A DNA stretch of 29,183 nucleotides from Thelocarpon superellum (lineage: Eukaryota): contig JAPEUG010000018.1 of the NCBI GenBank assembly GCA_026025795.1, forward strand, positions 62,001-91,183, given 5' to 3'. This document shows, piece after piece, positions 24,522 to 29,183 of this stretch. The notes beneath the pieces are model-generated. The model saw nothing but the letters and a program-made list of their open reading frames with translations. It was not told where the DNA came from and made no database searches. A program made the translations under genes and the position numbers. How positions within the stretch are numbered: the first letter of the stretch is position 1; each line of letters begins with the position of its first letter.

Positions 24522-25185
24522 ATGGCGCCATCCATCTCGACAGAAATCGACATTGCAGCCCCACTCAAGGCGGTCTGGGCAGTTCTGACGGAGTACGATC
24601 ACTACCCAGAGTGGAACCCATTTATCGTCAAGCTGTCTGGCGACAAGGAAGGTCGGTCGGTCGGTCGGTCGGTCGTGCATTCTAGATGCTGGATCCGAGG
24701 CTCTAGATACTGAGGCTTTAGAACAACAGTGGGTGGTAAACTTACCGTCACCATCAACCTTCCAAACGATAGCTCTGGTGAGACTCTCTTGGTCTGATCC
24801 AGCTAGGATGTACACGTGCCTGTTCGCCCCCGCTTCTCCCAATCGAGACAACCGCCGATCATTCTGTGGGCCTGACTGAGGTCCACCAGGCATGACGTTC
24901 AGCGCTGCTCTTCTGTCATTCTTGCCAAACGAGCACCTCCATTGGAGAGGGCGTCTCCTGGGTGTGCCCTGGCTCTTCTCCGGTCGGCATCACTTCGTCC
25001 TGCGCCCGACCGAGACGGGCACCAGGTTGGAGCAGTCGGAACAATTCTCGGGTATCCTGGCGTTGGTGTTGCATTGGATTGGTTCCAACATGTTTGAGAC
25101 GACGCAGCAGGGCTTTGAGCTGATGAACTATGCGCTCAAGCAAAGGGTAGAGGAGGGCTCTGCGCCAGATCCGCCATCGAAGTAG
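24522..25185 (+). CDS. SRPBCC / polyketide cyclase-dehydrase superfamily protein
   Basis: Exons 24522-24655 (or 24667), 24722-24777, 24890-25185. Motifs ISTEIDIAAP..VWAVLT....YPEWNPFI, LHWRG.L..PWLFSGRHHFVL, TRLEQSEQFSGIL, GFELMNYALKQRVE. Confidence 0.88.
24651..24674 (+). repeat. (GGTC)6 tetranucleotide microsatellite at the exon 1/intron 1 boundary
   Basis: GGTC repeated six times, read directly. Confidence 0.95.
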
Positions 25186-25473
25186 CAGGTGCGGTCGAGT
25201 GTGAAGGCGGATGGCTTGTCACATATCGCTTCTTGGTGAACTCTTCTCTCTTGGACCTGCCCGTTCTCCGCCGCGGAAAACAGCCAGATCATGTGAGTCG
25301 GCTTACGAGCCCATTCAGAGAACGGGTTATCCTTCTGTCTAGCCACGGGAAATCGTTCCAATTACTCCACGATACGTTTGTACAAGGAGTCACTTCGCCG
25401 AGTGTGGGCCTGTGCGAACCCGACCCGCCCGAGAGACCAAGCGCCACATGAAATCAAACTCCAGGGAACATCT

Positions 25474-28400
25474 TCATGACTCCCGAATCTTTGCCTGCCG
25501 CTTCGCAGTCCCAATGTGCGTATTGTGAACCTTGGCCGCAGCGTCAGCGTCGATCTTCCCACGTCGCGTGATAGAGGACCTACCTTGGTCGCAAACTTCA
25601 AGCTGGTCAAGGTCTCGCTGAGATGAGCCTGCAGCGGACTGACCATGACGAACATCAACGTCTTGGAGTTGCCGCCAAGGGAATATTGCAATAGGTAGGT
25701 GAGCTGCGCTCGTCAGTCGCCATGACACCACCCTTCCAGCGCCGTCGGTACGGACCTTGGAGTTGCGGTACGGCACATGGCCCCCTTCCTTGCCTTGACC
25801 CAGCGCGCCAATCACGTCGCCCAAACAGCTCAGGCTGCGGTTGATGTTTTGCGTCTCCTTGAGCCGCTCACCCGTGCTCCCCGAGTGGCTGAGTCGTTCG
25901 CTGCCCGCCAGATCCACGAGGTTCAGCGTGCCCTCACTCCGTTCGCCCGTCAGGTGATTCTCTCCCATCAAGCGCAGCATGAAGACGCTGTGGCCGCGCG
26001 AACTTCGCTCGTTGGCCTTGGTCGCGGCGACGCTGCGGTTGGCCATGGCCCGCCGAAGGATCGACTCCACTTTGTTCGGCGCGTCGAGCATCACCGTCGT
26101 CAGATCCGACACGTGCGTCTTGCACTTTTGCGTGTCATGCCGAATCTCGTGCTTCTTCTTGTCAAACTCCTCCGGCCGGCCCAGCAGGTCGTTCAGGTTC
26201 TCGTTGTACACCTCCACGAAGGAGCCCTCCATGCGGTACCGCCACCCCTTCTCCTCCAAGCTCTGGGCCGTGTCGTAGATCTGGTGCACCGCACGCGGGA
26301 TCATGCCATCCTCGGCGCTCATGGTGTGCGTCTTGCCCGAGCCCGTCTGGCCGTAGCAGAAGATGCACACGTTGTATCCGTCCAGCGCACTCTGCACCAG
26401 CTGACTGATCTCCTCAAACACCGCCTCGTTCTGACTGCTCGGCCCGAAGACGCGGTCGAAGGTGAAGGCGTTCTTCTTCGTGCTGATCGTGCCCAGGCTG
26501 CTCTTCTCCTCTGGTCCGAGCACTTCCACCTCCTTGCACTCCCGCTCGGCGTCCGGAAGGGCAATCTTGGCGCTCTCCGTCGCCGGCTCCGAGGGCAACG
26601 ACGGCCGCACGCGGCAGAAGACGCGGATATTGCCCTTGAGTTCCTGCACCTGGTTGTGCAGCTTGCGCCGGAGCGTCTCCTCCTTGCGAAGCTTCTCCTT
26701 CGTCTCGTGCGTCGTGTTGAGCGCCTTCTGCAGCCGCTCCTCCATGTCCGTGTAGCATTGCGCCTGGCTTTTGTTGTCCGACTCGAGGAAGTCGATCCGC
26801 GCTTTCAACGCGCGGATCGAGGATTCCAGCGTCACCGTCTGCGCCGTCGTCTCCGACACGTTGCTCCGGAGGCTCTGCACCAGCGCTCGCTCCTGTCGCA
26901 GCTCCTCTTGCGCTTGCTGCAGCTCGGTGGTGAGAGCGCCCGATTGCCGGGCTTTCTGCTCCATCTCCATGTCCGTCTTTTGTCGCTCCAATCTCTGCTG
27001 ATCCGTCAGTTCCTGAATCTCCCGGCTTCGTCGTCGCTGCACGTCGTCCATCTCCGCGGTGAGCCGTCGCTCAAGATCCCGTAGGTCCTCGCGATGGATC
27101 TGATCGAGTCGTCGTATCTCATCCTCGGCGCGTTGCTTGGCCGTGGCGGCTTCGTCGTCGAGGCGTCGTCGCAGATCACCGACTTCATTACTGTGCTTTC
27201 TGCGCTCATCATTTAGTGTGTCCGTGGCCGTAGCCAGTTGACGTTTGGTGCCGTCGAGCTCGGTCTGGAGGGTAGCAGTGCCGACGGTGAGCTGTGTCCG
27301 CGTCGACTCCAGTTCATTGACTAGATCCAAGCTGCATGAGCATGCTGGTTCGCGTCGAGGAGGATGCGGTCGCGCGTGAAACGTACTTCGTGCCTTGTAG
27401 ATCTCCAGTGTATCCTCCAAGCCGTTTCGCTCCGTCGTGGTATCGGACATCTTGTCCCGCAGCTGGAAGAAAGCCTGTTCCATGTCTTCAAGCCGGCCTT
27501 TGGTGTCCCAGGCTTGAGTGTTGGAATCACGCGTTAGAAAAGGGAGCTTCTTGGGGAGAGGGGTCTGTTTGGACGTTTTGCATGGGGTGAGAGGATGGGA
27601 GGGGAGAAGGGGAGGGCTGGCCGGGGCGATGAGCTTGGGGATGTGTGAGGGGGTAGAGGGGGTACTGGGGGCGGCGATCTTGCTGGGAGATGAGATTGAC
27701 CGGCTTGCAACGCCTCGCTGCTTGCTCCGAGAAGCGTCTCGGAGCGCACGAGCGGCGGTCGAAGGGCTTGCCTCACTGTTCGAGCTCGACCGTGCCAAGC
27801 CATGCGCAGCACGGTGGTCATGGCCCTTGTGGCGAGGTCGAGGACAGCTGGACGGGGTCCGAACGGCACCATGAAAACTGGACGAAAAGGGCTTCATACC
27901 CTTCCTTTTGCCGACCATGGACGTCTCGGCATCGCCCGCACCACCCTCCATGGCACTGGCGGGTCGAGACAAGGACATGGGACGCTGTTGGGACGCATGC
28001 ACCTGACCCGAAGCGCTTTCGGGGCGCGATGTCGTCGACTTGGACGATACTCGGCTGCCGGGCCCGATGCTGGCGGAGAAGGAGCTGCTGGGCATCTGAC
28101 GACCGGACATGCCCGGCGCGCGAGCGGAGACTGAGGCTGAAAAGGGAGTGCCCCGGACGCCAGCCAGGGTCGCCGCTCGGACGGCGGCACTGGCGGGTCG
28201 GACGCTGGATGGCGGGGGAAGATTGAGGCCGGCGGTGTCTCCGGCCCGCTCGACCAGCGTCTTTCGTTTGGGCGTGGGCTCCGGCACTGTGAGGGCGGCG
28301 TCAGTGTGGTCTCCTCCACCAGGGGCATAGGGCATGACCCACATGCGGAACCTTTGTGCTTCCGGCCGATGAGGTCGGAGGGTGGGGGCATCATTGTGGC

Positions 28401-28586
28401 CGCGCGGGCATTGCCGGCCGACTCGGACATCTCCAACAGCGCCGTTCCCGGGGGAGGGATCTTGCTGGGCTGCCGGAGCTGAGAGGAGCGAAACATCTGG
28501 GTCTGGAGATCAGCCAAGCGTGGACTAATGGGACTGCCTCGAAAGGAGCTCCAGGGACGCACTGGACCACTCTGGTGGGCCTCCAT
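25474..28586 (-). CDS. KAR3: Kinesin-14, C-terminal motor (Kar3/KlpA)
   Basis: Exons 28586-28563, 28502-28352, 28286-27387, 27320-25756, 25703-25584, 25530-25474. Disordered N-terminus, coiled coil, [24 protein letters not shown] neck, P-loop YGQTGSGKT, switch I NERSSRGH, switch [29 protein letters not shown]. Confidence 0.95.
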
Positions 28587-29061
28587 GATGATCGATGCAC
28601 GCGGAGGAGGGAGGAGCGAGCAAGTCGATCGACGCTGCTTGACAATAGTGGAGATGCCTTGGGCGGCGTGCGTGGCACGTGTGAGCAGTACAACAATGGC
28701 CGCAGCGTTCCGACGATGGCTGATTCTGATCCTGCCTGGGGGATAGAAGCGTGCACCTGGACAAGAAAACAAAGCACCAAAGACTACCCTAGGTGAGGGT
28801 TAACCGTGGTTAAGTTTGGGTGGGTCGCCATATCATCGCTGTCCGTTGCCGCTGTCGACCGAGTCCCCTGTAAAGGTAGACGCACAGGTAAGATGGGCGG
28901 ATAAGTACTCGTACCCTACCCAAGGGTAGATGCGAGAGCCTACGGCATCTGGCGGGGGCAAAACAGTCTTCTCATACGGGAGCGAGTATTACTGTCTCTA
29001 CAGGACGAGTACGAATACTCGTCTCGATCCTCATCCACGGGCGCCGGTCTGTCGATTAGTA

Positions 29062-29183
29062 ACAGTATCCACCTAGAAACCGGCCACACCTAGAAACCGG
29101 CTACTTTTCTCTCGACCCTACCTCCACGATCAGCCACAACTCCACCACCACAACTGCTACTTATCAACCCTTAGAGATGTAAG
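29062..29183. mobile_element. Possible left end (TIR with internal direct repeats) of a Tc1/mariner-pogo-type DNA transposon
   Basis: Two exact copies of CACCTAGAAACCGGC (29070-29084, 29087-29101) right after TA-ACAGTAT, followed by a C/A-rich leader. The other end is outside the window. Confidence 0.4.

Noticed and set aside
24778..24889. Possible twin intron or microexon inside SRPBCC intron 2 (internal CTGAT..TAG, GAT, GTACAC)
   Set aside because: The first intron would be only about 30 nt, too short to be likely. One 112-nt intron already restores the frame.
25777..27084. 435-aa ORF antisense to the kinesin motor domain
   Set aside because: Expected shadow ORF of a GC3-rich coding strand, with no domain-like features.
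29070..29101. CRISPR-like or minisatellite array
   Set aside because: Only two copies separated by 2 nt, in a eukaryotic context.

Overview
Eukaryotic DNA from a filamentous ascomycete (Pezizomycotina-type short GT-AG introns with CTRAY branch sites; histone H4 starting MTGRGKGG). I reconstructed 12 spliced or unspliced genes by hand: CBR1 (runs off the left edge), an HD-domain hydrolase, a stand-alone histone H4, peroxisomal carrier ANT1, a large DUF4470/MYND-finger protein, an orphan, TIM23, TRM732/THADA, a small single-TM orphan, a wax-synthase-type MBOAT acyltransferase, an SRPBCC protein and a KAR3/KlpA kinesin-14. The accessory part is 22.4-24.4 kb. It holds a Ty3/gypsy-like gag with an intact 364-codon ORF, no pol and a candidate 5' LTR. 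It also holds a separate 140-bp solo LTR with a perfect GCGGG target-site duplication, inserted into the in-frame extension behind the gag stop codon. Other oddities are a (GGTC)6 microsatellite forming a ladder of splice donors in the SRPBCC gene and a probable DNA-transposon end at the right edge. I see no firmly supported novel system. The gag-only element is the best candidate. Family assignments come from recalled motifs, not database searches.
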